DNA of 64,000 nucleotides from an uncultured Mollicutes bacterium (GTDB lineage: Bacteria > Bacillota_I > Bacilli_A > RFN20 > CAG-826). The position numbers were made by a program, and so were the translations under genes. The notes under the pieces are model-generated. The model ran no database searches and was not told where the DNA came from. It saw only the letters and a program-made list of their open reading frames with translations. This document shows, piece by piece, positions 1-10,260 of this stretch (positions are counted from its first letter, which is position 1; every line of letters begins with the position of its first letter). Location: positions 107,897-171,896 of the forward strand of contig CAMESG010000002.1 in the NCBI GenBank assembly GCA_945936135.1. Reading direction: 5' to 3'.

Positions 1-65
1 TGGATTCGTGGCCTGTCAAGAATTTTAGCACCCGTTCCCCAAAAGGGGAATCCAAAAGGACAAGG

Positions 66-96
66 AAAAGGGGCCGCCTCTTTTGTGAACGGCCCC
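66..96 (-). terminator. Rho-independent terminator after the sigH-like gene
   Basis: GGGGCCG/CGGCCCC stem (70-76/90-96) followed on the minus strand by a T-tract, just past the stop at 105. Confidence 0.7.
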
Positions 97-104
97 TCCT
101 CTAC

Positions 105-767
105 TTATTTCCGGTTTTTATCCTTTGGCTCGCGATGAATCCCCTCCCGTTTTTCAAGGTAGCGGCGAAGGCCTTCAATGATGCGGCGCATCCGATTTCG
201 ATCGATGCAAAGGGTACGAGCGATTTCGTTGATCGTCATCCCGCGCGACAAGGCGACCGCCACCGTGTAGGTGAAAGGATCGTACTTATCGAAGGGGAGT
301 TTTTCGATATCATCGAACAATGAACTAGAGGAAACCATTTTGACGACATCGCTGTTAAATGACGTGTCAAACAAGGTGTCCGATGGCGTTCCTGAATCAT
401 CGTCCGGGCCCTTTGGTGAATCCAAAGACACGGGCGCATGGTAAACCATCATCGTTTTCAATTCGCGGTAGGCGTGAAGGGCGCAATTGCGGAAGCAGGC
501 CGTGAAGTAGGTGGAGAAGCGATGGCCTGTCTCAAAATCGAATTTTTGGAGAGCGACGGTAAACGCTTGGAAGAAAACGGCGTTCAGATCCCAATCTTTC
601 AGGAAATCTGCAATGTTGGGGCAAACCTTCTCTAGAAGAGAAACTCGGATAGCGTAGTACTTTTGGATAAGTCGGTCGTAGGCCTCCATATCGTTCTCTT
701 TGGCGCGCAAAGCCAAGATTTCGTCATTAAGTTTGCGATACGAAAAGCCAGTCTGCTTTTTAGACAT
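105..767 (-). CDS. Sigma-70 family (SigH-like) RNA polymerase sigma factor, divergent
   Basis: Region-2-like 'FTVALQKFDFETGHRFSTYF', 'VSLDSP', C-terminal HTH 'GMTINEIARTL'; sits after rlmB where Bacillota carry sigH. Confidence 0.7.
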   Translation of the reverse strand: MSKKQTGFSYRKLNDEILALRAKENDMEAYDRLIQKYYAIRVSLLEKVCPNIADFLKDWDLNAVFFQAFTVALQKFDFETGHRFSTYFTACFRNCALHAYRELKTMMVYHAPVSLDSPKGPDDDSGTPSDTLFDTSFNSDVVKMVSSSSLFDDIEKLPFDKYDPFTYTVAVALSRGMTINEIARTLCIDRNRMRRIIEGLRRYLEKREGIHREPKDKNRK

Positions 768-802
768 AATAATTCTTTACGAGGGTGTAACCCCCGCTCC
801 TG

Positions 803-1528
803 TTATATATTTTTGTTTTGAATTTCGCGAATCAGCGCAAGCGAGATCCCACAAGAAACAGAGGCGTTTAATGAATTTACATGGCCCGTCATGGGGATTT
901 TCACAAGGTAATCGCTATTCGCAAGGACAAGGCGTGAAATGCCTTCTCCTTCGGATCCAACAATCAAACATGTTGGAAAATCATAAGCTATCGACCCCAG
1001 CGTGTCTTTGGCAGATCCGTCTGTGCTAACAACCCAGAACCCCGCTTTTTTGATATCTTGAATCGCAGAGGAAAGGTTGGGGACGAGCGCTACGTCGACG
1101 TAGTTGATCGCACCAGTAGACACCCTGGCCACGGTTTCGTTCAATGGAACCGCATTATTCTTCTTGATGATGACCCCATCTACGCTGAAAGCGTCGCAAG
1201 ACCTTAGGATAGCGCCGAAATTATGGGGGTCCTTAATTCCATCCAAGATTAGGAGGAGAGGACGGGGTTTACCCTTCACTTTATCCAATATCGAATGAAG
1301 GGATGTATATGTAAGTGGCTTTACTTCGGCAACGATGCCTTGATGATGGTCAGTTTTGGAGAGTTGACGCAGCCGGGCATCGTTGACGATCTCGAAAGGG
1401 ATGTTCTCTTTCTTCATTTCAAACAACAGTGAATGAGAAAGAAGCCTTTCACCACAATAAACTTTTATGACTCGATGCGAGCGGGCGTATTCACGTACCG
1501 CGTTAATCCCGTAAGCAATGGAATCCAT
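803..1528 (-). CDS. rlmB: 23S rRNA (Gm2251) 2'-O-methyltransferase, SpoU family
   Basis: 'LDGIKDPHNFGAILRS', 'GSEGEG', 'SLNASV' SPOUT motifs; downstream of cysS. Confidence 0.92.
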   Translation of the reverse strand: MDSIAYGINAVREYARSHRVIKVYCGERLLSHSLLFEMKKENIPFEIVNDARLRQLSKTDHHQGIVAEVKPLTYTSLHSILDKVKGKPRPLLLILDGIKDPHNFGAILRSCDAFSVDGVIIKKNNAVPLNETVARVSTGAINYVDVALVPNLSSAIQDIKKAGFWVVSTDGSAKDTLGSIAYDFPTCLIVGSEGEGISRLVLANSDYLVKIPMTGHVNSLNASVSCGISLALIREIQNKNI

Positions 1529-1533
1529 GGGTT

Positions 1534-2301
1534 CTATTCCGTCAGGGAAGCATTGACTTGCATGGAAAGAGGACGAACCTCGGAACGAAGCATATCGACG
1601 AAAGCCGAGATCGTTCCAGGTCTACTTCTTCCAATGCGAGCCACGAGTCTAAGGGCAGCCTTGCCTTGATACGTAATCAATTCCGAAAAGGTTTCCTCCA
1701 CTTGGATGCCATGATCCTTCGCTAAAGAAAGGAAGGTTCCAAGGATGGGGTGATCTGTCGGAACGATGAGGATGATCGCAGGATTACGTTTCGCGGCAAG
1801 AATCTCAATGCGTGACAAGCCAATGAGAACGAAGAACGAAAACGCAGTGACACAACCTGCGACAATAAAACATCCAGAACCGCACGCAAGCCCAATCGCC
1901 ATGGCAACCCATAGCGTCGTAGCCGTTGTGAGGCCCTTGATGTTCATACCGGTCTGAATGATGGTTCCAGCACCTAAGAAACCGATGCCAGATACCACCT
2001 GCGCTGCAAGGCGCGCGGGATCGCGCGATATGCCTTGCGGAAGGTAAATCGAATCCCAGTACCCGAATCCATACAGGGATAAGACCATAATGGTGCATGC
2101 GCCAAGAGCAATCATAACGTGGGTGCGAAGCCCGGCACTATGGCCGTGGTATTCGCGTTCAAAGCCTAAAAGGCCGGAGAAAATCAATGTCAAAATGAAG
2201 GAAAGCAAAATGAGCGCGACGCTTCCGACGAGCCCGTTAGAAAAATTCGTTCCGAAATCGGTGCTGAACCATTCGACGATTGTCTTGTCAACGGTATTCA
2301 T
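1534..2301 (-). CDS. MgtC/SapB family membrane protein with C-terminal ACT-like domain
   Basis: 'GFERE...AGLRTH', 'DPARLAAQVVSGIGFLGAG', 'GLTTA' motifs. Confidence 0.9.
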   Translation of the reverse strand: MNTVDKTIVEWFSTDFGTNFSNGLVGSVALILLSFILTLIFSGLLGFEREYHGHSAGLRTHVMIALGACTIMVLSLYGFGYWDSIYLPQGISRDPARLAAQVVSGIGFLGAGTIIQTGMNIKGLTTATTLWVAMAIGLACGSGCFIVAGCVTAFSFFVLIGLSRIEILAAKRNPAIILIVPTDHPILGTFLSLAKDHGIQVEETFSELITYQGKAALRLVARIGRSRPGTISAFVDMLRSEVRPLSMQVNASLTE

Positions 2302-2303
2302 CG

Positions 2304-3650
2304 CTAAAGAATGCCTCCTTCCACCAGGATTTTCCGGAGCCGATCACTTTCAACAAAGTCCTTGTTTTGCTTTGCTTCGAGGTACTGACAATATAGCCCC
2401 AGTTCAGAATTGGTCAAGTACTTTATTTCAACAGGGAGTCCCAAAATCCTTAAATAATCCCTGATTTTGGCAAAGCTTTGTTCCACGAGATCAAGGTCTA
2501 CGTCTTTGGTTCTGAGCAATTGATTCGCATTTTTGACTTCACCATAAAGAATCGTAATCGCATTGGGCGTGTTCAAGTCTTGGCAAAGCTCATGGAGGAA
2601 TTCTTCTTCTCCTTGACCTTTGACGTTTTCCAAATCGCGCCCCGCGGATTGCAAGGCCAATACGAGGCTTTTTAAGGTTGTTTCGATCTTCTTTACGTTC
2701 TTCTGCGCTTCCGAAATCGTTTCTTCGCTGAAAGAGACCGGGGCGCGATAATGCGCATTGAGGATCATCAAGCGGAGGGCAGCGCCGCCATACATCTTGA
2801 TCACGTCGGTCGCGAGCAACACGTTGCCAAGCGATTTCGACATCTTCTCGTTATTGATGTTGATGAAACCATTGTGCAACCAATAATGGGCCAAGTGGTT
2901 TCCATTGTGCGCTTCTGCTTGCGCGATTTCGTTTTCGTGGTGGGGGAATTTCAAATCGAATCCGCCGCCATGGATATCGATTAAGCCGTTCGTCTTTGGA
3001 AAAAGGGAATGGATCATGACGCAGCATTCGGTATGCCAACCTGGGCGCCCAACGCACCACGGCGTTTCCCACCGAATGCCGGTGCTCGTTTCTTTCCAAA
3101 GGGCAAAATCCAGCGGGGACTCCTTCCCTTCGTTTACTTCAATTCTCGCGCCAGAAAGCAAAGATTCCGGGGTATTCCCGGACAAAGAACCGTAATCCTT
3201 GATCTTGGAAACGCGGAAATAAACGCCATCATTGCTTTGATAGGCGTAACCCGTCTTTACCAAGTCATCGATATAGGAAATGATTTGGGGCATGTAGACG
3301 GTGGGCTTTGGGGTCACATCGGGAATCATCGATCCGACGGCGTGAACCGCTTCTTCGTATTCCTTGATCACCGAGGTGGTGAGTTCTTGTTCCGAGACGC
3401 CAAGTTCCGCTGCTCTCGCGATAATTTTGTCATCAACGTCCGTATAGTTGGAAACGAACGTGACCTTGTAGCCAAGTTCGAGGAAAAGCCTTCTCCAGGT
3501 ATCGAAAACGATGACGGGACGGATGTTGCCGATGTGCGGATGGTTATAGACCGTGGGCCCGCACACGTAAAAAGAAACTTCGTTTGGAACGAGGGGAACG
3601 AACTCCTGAAGAGCGTTCCCTAATGAGGAATACAAATAAACTTTTTGCAT
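2304..3650 (-). CDS. cysS: Cysteine--tRNA ligase
   Basis: 'YVCGPTVY', HIGN, 'GRPGWHTEC', 'FPHHENE', KMSKS. Confidence 0.97.
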   Translation of the reverse strand: MQKVYLYSSLGNALQEFVPLVPNEVSFYVCGPTVYNHPHIGNIRPVIVFDTWRRLFLELGYKVTFVSNYTDVDDKIIARAAELGVSEQELTTSVIKEYEEAVHAVGSMIPDVTPKPTVYMPQIISYIDDLVKTGYAYQSNDGVYFRVSKIKDYGSLSGNTPESLLSGARIEVNEGKESPLDFALWKETSTGIRWETPWCVGRPGWHTECCVMIHSLFPKTNGLIDIHGGGFDLKFPHHENEIAQAEAHNGNHLAHYWLHNGFININNEKMSKSLGNVLLATDVIKMYGGAALRLMILNAHYRAPVSFSEETISEAQKNVKKIETTLKSLVLALQSAGRDLENVKGQGEEEFLHELCQDLNTPNAITILYGEVKNANQLLRTKDVDLDLVEQSFAKIRDYLRILGLPVEIKYLTNSELGLYCQYLEAKQNKDFVESDRLRKILVEGGIL

Positions 3651-3659
3651 ACGACCATT

Positions 3660-4325
3660 CTACAAAGGTTTGCCGTTTTGAATAGAGGAAACTTGCGTTA
3701 CGCCAGAAAGATTTTTCAAAAGGCGATCCGCTTGGGTGCAAAGGGTCTCGTCATAGACGCCATAGCCATAAAGACAAAGACAGATGGGAAGAGAGGCGTT
3801 TTTCGCCGTCAAAACATCCACGTAGGAATCGCCAACGAAAATCGTTTCTGCTCTATCAAGGTGAAAATCGCGCAAAATCCGTTCCACTTGAATGGGATTC
3901 GGCTTGACGGGGTCGCCATCTTTATGTCCAGCAACGAAAGAGAATCGAACCATCGGAAGTGTTCTTTGCACGATATCCTGGGCCATCAAATTGGGCTTGT
4001 TGCTCGCAATGAAAAGCAAATCGCCCCGTTCTTGCAGGGTTTGCAGGGTTTCTACGACGTTTGGAAAAGGCTTCGTCTTACGTCCTTGATAGGAAAGGTA
4101 ACGCGGTAAATAAGCCTTCTTCAAGGCCTCAAAATGAAGAGGATCGTCGAGATCTTTCAAGGCGCGATGCATCAGGATGTCCACGCCGTTACCGATAAGT
4201 TTCTTGGCCTCTTCATAGGTATAGGAATAGGGCACGCCGATTTCTTTCAAAGCGTCGTTTAAGGCGTCTTTGATGTCCTCTAGGGTATCCAGAAGCGTGC
4301 CGTCCAAATCGAAAATGAAATTCAT
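3660..4325 (-). CDS. HAD-family hydrolase (phosphoglycolate phosphatase-like)
   Basis: 'FDLDGTL' motif I, 'KPNP', 'VGDS..D'; start moved to the ATG at 4325, which has TATAAT 6 nt upstream. Confidence 0.88.
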   Translation of the reverse strand: MNFIFDLDGTLLDTLEDIKDALNDALKEIGVPYSYTYEEAKKLIGNGVDILMHRALKDLDDPLHFEALKKAYLPRYLSYQGRKTKPFPNVVETLQTLQERGDLLFIASNKPNLMAQDIVQRTLPMVRFSFVAGHKDGDPVKPNPIQVERILRDFHLDRAETIFVGDSYVDVLTAKNASLPICLCLYGYGVYDETLCTQADRLLKNLSGVTQVSSIQNGKPL

Positions 4326-4347
4326 GGTTAGATTATAGATTAAGGCG

Positions 4348-4381
4348 AAAAAAGCGTCCATCCACGAAGGACAGACGCTTT
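4348..4381 (-). terminator. Terminator of the ribosomal superoperon after rplQ
   Basis: AAAGCGTC/GACGCTTT stem plus T-tract on the minus strand. Confidence 0.75.
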
Positions 4382-4394
4382 GTAGGTTGATCGA

Positions 4395-4796
4395 TTAGTC
4401 GACCCAGGAAACGAGCACGACTTCGGCGTTGTCGCCTTTGCGGGCACCGAGCTTGATGGCGCGGGTGTAGCCGCCTTTGCGTTCCGCGAACTTCGGTCCG
4501 ATTTCATCGAAGAGCTTGTGAAGCGCATCGACGCCATTGGCATCGACGTAGCCGTTGCGGATGACGCGAGCGGCTTGACGACGCGCATGGAGATCGCCGC
4601 GTTTCGCAAGCGTAACGAGGTGATCCGCAAGGGTCTTGAGTTCTTGGACGACGCCAGAGGTGACTTTCACTTGGCCGCAGACGATGAGGCTCGAGACGAC
4701 GTTGCGAAGCATCGCCTTGTTTTTGGAAGCGGTATAACCCGCCTTAAAGCGAACACCGGTCTTGCCGTGAACGTTCTTTCTTCCTTGTGCTGCCAT
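4395..4796 (-). CDS. rplQ: 50S ribosomal protein L17
   Basis: 'LVTLAKRGDLHARRQA', 'RKGGYTR', 'RKGDNAE'; follows rpoA. Confidence 0.95.
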   Translation of the reverse strand: MAAQGRKNVHGKTGVRFKAGYTASKNKAMLRNVVSSLIVCGQVKVTSGVVQELKTLADHLVTLAKRGDLHARRQAARVIRNGYVDANGVDALHKLFDEIGPKFAERKGGYTRAIKLGARKGDNAEVVLVSWVD

Positions 4797-4798
4797 GA

Positions 4799-5797
4799 TT
4801 ATTCTCCTATGTAGTCACGGAAGTGCAACCCGATTTCCACGAGTTTTTCTTTCACTTCCTTAAGGGATTTCTTGCCGAGGTTGCGGACCTTCATCATTTC
4901 ATCCTCACTGCGTTGGGTGAGTTCCATGACGGTGGTGATGCCCGCGCGCTTCAAGCAATTGTTGCTGCGAACGCTGAGATCGAGTTCTTCGATCAACATG
5001 TTCTGGAACTTGTTTTCCTCGACCTTGGCTTGTTCTTTCACCATCTTGTAGTCCTTCATCGGCTCAATGGCGGCGAAGGTGGAAAGCTGGTTCATGAGCA
5101 ACTTGGCGGCGAGGGTGACCGCTTCCGAGGGCGTGCAGCTGCCGTTCGTGGTGACTTCAAGGGTCAACTCATCGAACTTGCTGTCGTGCTCGACGCGCGT
5201 CGGCTCGACTTGGTAGGCGACCTTCACGACCGGGCTGTAGTTGCTATCGGTCGAGATGACGCCAACGCTGTCGATCTTACGAAGGACCTTGTTCTGCTCC
5301 GAGGTGACGTATCCGCGGCCAGTGGCAACGAGGACGGTCATATGGAGCGAGCCTTCGGCGTTGAGGTGGGCGATTTCAAGATCGCCGTTGACAACGGACA
5401 CGAGGGCGGGGCAAACAAGATCGGAAGCCTTGACGGTGCAAGGGCCTTGCACATCAAGAGTCAAATACTTGGTCTCGGGCGTGTCATCGTCCACTTTGAG
5501 GACGAGATCTTTGAGATTCAAGATGATGGCGGTAACGTCTTCATCACAACCTTTGATGGCCGTGAACTCATGACGGACGCCTTCGATTTGAACGGCATAG
5601 ACAGACGCACCGGGAAGGGCGCTGAGAAGAACGCGACGAAGCGCGTTACCAAGCGTAATTCCGAAGCCTCTTTCAAGCGGGCCAACCACGAATTTGGTGT
5701 AGTTGTTTTCCACGATCGGAGTTTCGATCTTAAACGGCTCGAATTGGTTCGGAAGGGTGACAATTTCTTTTTCTTCGGCTTTGTTAACGATGGCCAT
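4799..5797 (-). CDS. rpoA: RNA polymerase alpha subunit
   Basis: 'PLERGFGITLGNALRRVLLS', CTD 'IEELDLSVRSNNCLKRAGI'. Confidence 0.98.
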   Translation of the reverse strand: MAIVNKAEEKEIVTLPNQFEPFKIETPIVENNYTKFVVGPLERGFGITLGNALRRVLLSALPGASVYAVQIEGVRHEFTAIKGCDEDVTAIILNLKDLVLKVDDDTPETKYLTLDVQGPCTVKASDLVCPALVSVVNGDLEIAHLNAEGSLHMTVLVATGRGYVTSEQNKVLRKIDSVGVISTDSNYSPVVKVAYQVEPTRVEHDSKFDELTLEVTTNGSCTPSEAVTLAAKLLMNQLSTFAAIEPMKDYKMVKEQAKVEENKFQNMLIEELDLSVRSNNCLKRAGITTVMELTQRSEDEMMKVRNLGKKSLKEVKEKLVEIGLHFRDYIGE

Positions 5798-5853
5798 TTC
5801 AATTCCTCCTAGTTATCATCGTGTCGCGCATTCGATTGCAAATCGCAAGCGAA

Positions 5854-6249
5854 TTAACCGCGAGGACGCTTAGGCGGACGGCAACCGTTGTGGGGGACCG
5901 GGGTCGTGTCTTCGATCGAGAGGATTTGGAGGCCCACGGTGCTCAAAGCGCGAACGGCGGATTCACGGCCGGCGCCAGGTCCCTTGACCTCGACGTCGAC
6001 TTGGCGAAGGCCTTGATCAAAGGCGGTCTTGCCCGCAGCTTCCGCGGCGAGCTGAGCGGCGAACGGAGTCGCTTTCTTGGCGCCTTTGTAGCCAAGGGCA
6101 CCCGCCGAGCTCCAGGAAATCGCATTCCCTTGGACGTCGGTGATGGTGACGATGGTATTGTTGAAGGTGCTGTGAATGTGAGCGACGCCCTTCGTATAAG
6201 TGCGTTTGATCTTCTTCTTGCGAGCGGTAGTTTTCTTTGCTTGTGCCAT
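5854..6249 (-). CDS. rpsK: 30S ribosomal protein S11
   Basis: '[15 protein letters not shown]', '[11 protein letters not shown]'. Confidence 0.98.
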   Translation of the reverse strand: MAQAKKTTARKKKIKRTYTKGVAHIHSTFNNTIVTITDVQGNAISWSSAGALGYKGAKKATPFAAQLAAEAAGKTAFDQGLRQVDVEVKGPGAGRESAVRALSTVGLQILSIEDTTPVPHNGCRPPKRPRG

Positions 6250-6263
6250 TTTGTTCTACCTCC

Positions 6264-6638
6264 TTAGCGCGTGGCTTCCTTCTTGTTGGCGATGGTCTTT
6301 CTCTTGCCTTTGCGGGTACGGGCATTGGTGCGAGTGCGCTGACCGTTCACCGGGAGGCCTCTCTTATGACGGATGCCGCGATAGCAGCCGATTTCCATGA
6401 GGCGCTTGATGTTGAGCGCGGTTTCGCGGCGGAGGTCACCCTCCGTGCGGTATTTGGCGATCTCGGCGCGAAGGGCGGTCAATTGCTCATCGGTGAGATC
6501 CTTGGTGCGGATGTCCACGGAGACGCCGGCGTCTGCGCAGATCTTCGCAGCAGTCGTGTTTCCGATACCATAGATGTAGGTAAGAGAGATGACGATGCGT
6601 TTCTCGTTTGGGATATCAATCCCTGCAATACGTGCCAT
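6264..6638 (-). CDS. rpsM: 30S ribosomal protein S13
   Basis: '[10 protein letters not shown]', '[19 protein letters not shown]'. Confidence 0.98.
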   Translation of the reverse strand: MARIAGIDIPNEKRIVISLTYIYGIGNTTAAKICADAGVSVDIRTKDLTDEQLTALRAEIAKYRTEGDLRRETALNIKRLMEIGCYRGIRHKRGLPVNGQRTRTNARTRKGKRKTIANKKEATR

Positions 6639-6666
6639 ATTTTGGTTCGTTTCCTTTCCTTAACGC

Positions 6667-6780
6667 TCAACCTTGGCGCTGTTTGTGCTTGGGGTTGGAG
6701 CAGATAACCATGACTTTGCCATGGCGCCGAATGACTTTGCACTTGTCGCAAATCGGCTTAACAGACGGTCTGACTTTCAT
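6667..6780 (-). CDS. rpmJ: 50S ribosomal protein L36 (Zn-binding type); too short for the ORF track
   Basis: Manual translation [37 protein letters not shown]. Confidence 0.97.
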   Translation of the reverse strand: MKVRPSVKPICDKCKVIRRHGKVMVICSNPKHKQRQG

Positions 6781-6800
6781 GATTTTTCTCCTGAATGGAA

Positions 6801-7022
6801 TTAGTTCCTGTAGCGGAACGTGATGCGCCCACGTGTTAAATCGTAGGGTGAGAACTGGACGGTGACCCGATCACCGGGGAGAATTCGTATGTAGTTCATG
6901 CGGATTTTTCCCGAAACGCAGGCCTGGACCACGACGCCCGTTTGTAGTTTCACCTTGAAGTTCGCGTTGGGAAGGCATTCCACAACGGTCGCTTCGACTT
7001 CGATACAATCTTCTTTGCTCAA
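6801..7022 (-). CDS. infA: Translation initiation factor IF-1 (TTG start)
   Basis: '[27 protein letters not shown]'. Confidence 0.97.
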   Translation of the reverse strand: MSKEDCIEVEATVVECLPNANFKVKLQTGVVVQACVSGKIRMNYIRILPGDRVTVQFSPYDLTRGRITFRYRN

Positions 7023-7041
7023 ATCCTTGGTTCCTTTCTTT

Positions 7042-7791
7042 TTAAAGCTTCGTCAAGATCTCGCAGCCATCCTTGGTCACCGCGAGGGTGTTCTCGTAAT
7101 GGGCGGTCAGGCCTTTGTCTTTCGCGACAACGGTCCAGCCATCCTTCAAGACGCGCACATCGTTGCGGTGCTCGAAGATCATGGGTTCGATGCAGATGGT
7201 CATCCCTTCACGGAGGATAGGTCCGCTGCCGGGGGTTCCATAGCAAGGAATGTAGGGGTCTTCGTGCATTTCGCGTCCGATGCCGTGACCGGTGTAGTCC
7301 CGCGCGACGCTGCAGCCGTGTTTTTTGGCCGTTTCCTCGATCGCGTGGCACACATCGCCGAGATGCACCCCTGGTTTTACCAGGGACATAGCATTATCGA
7401 AGCATTCTTCCGCGACGGCAACCATTTTTTTCGCCCGTTCAGAAGGAATTCCTACTACGTAGGAGCGACAAGCGTCCGCGCAGTAGCCGTCCTTCTTCAC
7501 GACGAGGTCCAAGGAGATGAGATCTCCGTCCTGGAGATGCTGCTTCTTGGAGGGGATGCCGTGGAGGATTACTTCGTTCACGCTGACGCAAATCGAAGCG
7601 GGATAGCCGTAATAGCCTTTCTCCGCGGGATAGCCGCCTTCCCTTGCCACGATCCGTTCCACCGCTTCGTCGATTTCGGCGGTGCTCGTGCCGGGCACTA
7701 AGAGAGGTTGCAATTCCTCGAAGACCAAGGCCACCACGCGGCCGGCTTCACGGATGAGGCCGATCTCGCGTGGGGACTTGATGATGATCAT
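7042..7791 (-). CDS. map: Methionine aminopeptidase type I
   Basis: '[13 protein letters not shown]', '[12 protein letters not shown]', 'AHYENT'. Confidence 0.96.
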   Translation of the reverse strand: MIIIKSPREIGLIREAGRVVALVFEELQPLLVPGTSTAEIDEAVERIVAREGGYPAEKGYYGYPASICVSVNEVILHGIPSKKQHLQDGDLISLDLVVKKDGYCADACRSYVVGIPSERAKKMVAVAEECFDNAMSLVKPGVHLGDVCHAIEETAKKHGCSVARDYTGHGIGREMHEDPYIPCYGTPGSGPILREGMTICIEPMIFEHRNDVRVLKDGWTVVAKDKGLTAHYENTLAVTKDGCEILTKL

Positions 7792-8441
7792 TGATGAGCC
7801 TCAAGGAGGGAAGAAACCTCTTTGAAGAGTCCATCGGCGCCCACCGCGCCATCGTAGACGTGGTAGATGCCTTCCGCTTGGTAGAAAGATTGAAGCGGAG
7901 CGGTTTGCTTGTTGTAGTTATCCAAGCGAACCTTGAAGGAAGCCTCGTTATCGTCCTTGCGCTGAATGAGCTCGGCGCCGCAGCGATCGCAGATGCCTTC
8001 CTTTTGGGGCTTCATATTCTTGACGTGATACGAAGCGCCGCATTTCGGGCAGACGCGACGTCCGCTGATGCGCGGGATGAGGATCGATTCGTCGCAGGTG
8101 ATGTCGATCACGAGGTTGACCTCGCGTCCGATCTCCTTGCCCAAGGCCTTGAGGGCCTCGGCTTGGGGAATCGTGCGCGGGAATCCGTCGAGGAGATACC
8201 CCTCGGCGCAGTCGGGTTTGGAAAGGCGTTCCTTCACCAAGCCGACCGTGATATCGTCGGGGACGAGATCGCCCCGTTCGATGATGGCTTTGGCCTTCAA
8301 GCCCAAGGGCGTGCCTTGCGCGATGGCCTCGCGGAACATATCGCCCGTGGAGATGTGGGGGAGATGAAAGGCATCGACGATACGCGTCGCCTGCGTGCCT
8401 TTTCCAGCGCCCGGCGGACCCATGAGAATGATATTGAGCAT
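7788..8441 (-). CDS. adk: Adenylate kinase
   Basis: 'GPPGAGKGTQA', 'LDGFPRT', Zn lid CPKC..CDRC. Confidence 0.98.
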   Translation of the reverse strand: MLNIILMGPPGAGKGTQATRIVDAFHLPHISTGDMFREAIAQGTPLGLKAKAIIERGDLVPDDITVGLVKERLSKPDCAEGYLLDGFPRTIPQAEALKALGKEIGREVNLVIDITCDESILIPRISGRRVCPKCGASYHVKNMKPQKEGICDRCGAELIQRKDDNEASFKVRLDNYNKQTAPLQSFYQAEGIYHVYDGAVGADGLFKEVSSLLEAHQ

Positions 8442-8444
8442 GGA

Positions 8445-9803
8445 TTATTGACCTCCTTGGACTTGTTCGAAGCTTTTGCCCGCGAGAAGACCGTCGATTT
8501 GCGCGTTCAACTCGATGGCAACGCCAACCACGATGATCATGCCGGTGCCGCCGATGGCCAAGGAAGTGTCGTTCCCGAAGATGCCAGACAAGGTCAAGAC
8601 AACGGGGAGCGCACTGATCACGGCCAAGGCGATGGCGCCGATGCAGGTCACGCGATTAAGCACTTTGCGGACATAACGTTCGGTTTCTTTGCCAGGGCGA
8701 ATGCCCGGGATATAGGAACCGCTCTTTTGGAAGTTGTCCGCCATCTGTTCCGGATTGATCTGCAATTCGGAATAGAAGAAGGTAAAGACGACGATCAACA
8801 GGATGTAGATCAGCAAACCCCAAGGCATGCCCCACTCCTTGCCGTCAATAGGCGGCATGGGATAGAGAGCCGAATAGTTGAAGATCTGCAGCCACTGGGC
8901 GTTGGCGGCATCCGCGCTTAGGAAGCTCGCGATGACCGAGGGGGCCATCATGAGCGAAGAGGCGAAGATGACGGGGATAACGCCCGCCGAGTTGATTTTG
9001 ATAGGAAGGAAGGAGGCGCGGGCCATCGAGGCCGTTTGCCCGCTCTTCCCGGCGTGTTGGACCGGGATCTTGCGCTTCGAGAGTTCGAAGAACACGACGC
9101 CGGCAACGATCGCAATCAACGCGAGAATATAAATCACGAAGATGAAGGAGCCGCGGATGAGCGCGTTGGAGCCGACGTTTTCGTTTTGGAGCACCCACTT
9201 GTTGAATGCGGTGCTGATTTGCGTCGGAAGGCTGCGAACGCACCCCGCGAAGATGATGACGGAGATGCCGTTTCCAAGGCCCTTTTCCGTAATTTGGTCG
9301 CCAAGCCACATCGTAAGCATGGCACCCGCGAGCATAACCGTGACGATATAGAGATACGTCCAGAAGTTATCCGCGAGCGTCAAACTGATATAGCTTGAGT
9401 TTTGCATCGTTTTAATGATGCCGTAGGACTGAACGGCGCCAAGCAAGAGGGCGAGATATCGCGTGGACATCTCGATCTTCTTGCGGCCGTATTGTCCTTG
9501 TTTCGATAATTCCGTCAGGGCAGGGAGAACGTCTTTTGTGAGAAGTTCGACGATGATCTGAGCGGTGATGTAAGGCGAAACGCCTAGGGCGAAGACGGAG
9601 AAGTTGCTCAACGCGCCGCCACCCATCAAGTCCATCAAGGCGATGGCGTTGCCGGAGTTAAGAGCGTTTTGCAGTTCTTTCTCGACTTGGACGCCAGGGA
9701 CCGTGATGGCCGCCCCGATCCTGACGACAAAGAGGATCATGATCGTGAAGAAGATACGACCAACGATCTCTTTGTTCTTAAAGATCGAGACGAACTTGCG
9801 CAT
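8445..9803 (-). CDS. secY: Preprotein translocase SecY
   Basis: 'FALGVSPYITAQI', 'GLGNGIS', 'IPGIRPG'. Confidence 0.97.
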   Translation of the reverse strand: MRKFVSIFKNKEIVGRIFFTIMILFVVRIGAAITVPGVQVEKELQNALNSGNAIALMDLMGGGALSNFSVFALGVSPYITAQIIVELLTKDVLPALTELSKQGQYGRKKIEMSTRYLALLLGAVQSYGIIKTMQNSSYISLTLADNFWTYLYIVTVMLAGAMLTMWLGDQITEKGLGNGISVIIFAGCVRSLPTQISTAFNKWVLQNENVGSNALIRGSFIFVIYILALIAIVAGVVFFELSKRKIPVQHAGKSGQTASMARASFLPIKINSAGVIPVIFASSLMMAPSVIASFLSADAANAQWLQIFNYSALYPMPPIDGKEWGMPWGLLIYILLIVVFTFFYSELQINPEQMADNFQKSGSYIPGIRPGKETERYVRKVLNRVTCIGAIALAVISALPVVLTLSGIFGNDTSLAIGGTGMIIVVGVAIELNAQIDGLLAGKSFEQVQGGQ

Positions 9804-10258
9804 TAGGCAATCACCTTGGCTTCGCCGCCGAGGTCCTCAATCGCCTTCTTCGCGGAAGCGGAGAAAGCCTTAGCTTCGACGATGAGCTTCTTGGTGAGCT
9901 TGCCATTGCCGAGGACTTTGATGCCGGAGAGTTCTTTCTTGATGATCTTCTTTTCAAGCAAGGCAGCGGCGTTGACGGTCGCTCCATCCTCGAAATGCTT
10001 CTCAAGCGTGGAAAGATTCACTTCGGCGTAAACGGTCGGTTCGTTCTTGTGCGTTTTGCGCGCGCCGAACTTCGGAAGACGACGAGCGATCGGGGTTTGA
10101 CCACCTTCGAAGCCGTTCTTCTTGGTCTTGGCGTGGGCGCCTTGGCCCTTTTGGCCTTTGCCAGCGGTCTTACCGTTTCCGGAACCGCGGCCGCGGCCGA
10201 CGCGGAAACCTTCGGTCTTCGCGCCTTCGACGTTATGGAGATTGTGGAGGGTATGCAT
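9803..10258 (-). CDS. rplO: 50S ribosomal protein L15
   Basis: 'RVGRGRGSGNGKTAGKGQKGQ', 'GFEGGQTP'. Confidence 0.97.
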   Translation of the reverse strand: MHTLHNLHNVEGAKTEGFRVGRGRGSGNGKTAGKGQKGQGAHAKTKKNGFEGGQTPIARRLPKFGARKTHKNEPTVYAEVNLSTLEKHFEDGATVNAAALLEKKIIKKELSGIKVLGNGKLTKKLIVEAKAFSASAKKAIEDLGGEAKVIA

Positions 10259-10260
10259 GA

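Noticed and set aside
5798-5853. Absence of rpsD between rpsK and rpoA as a novelty
   Set aside because: This is normal for Bacilli, where rpsD is encoded elsewhere.
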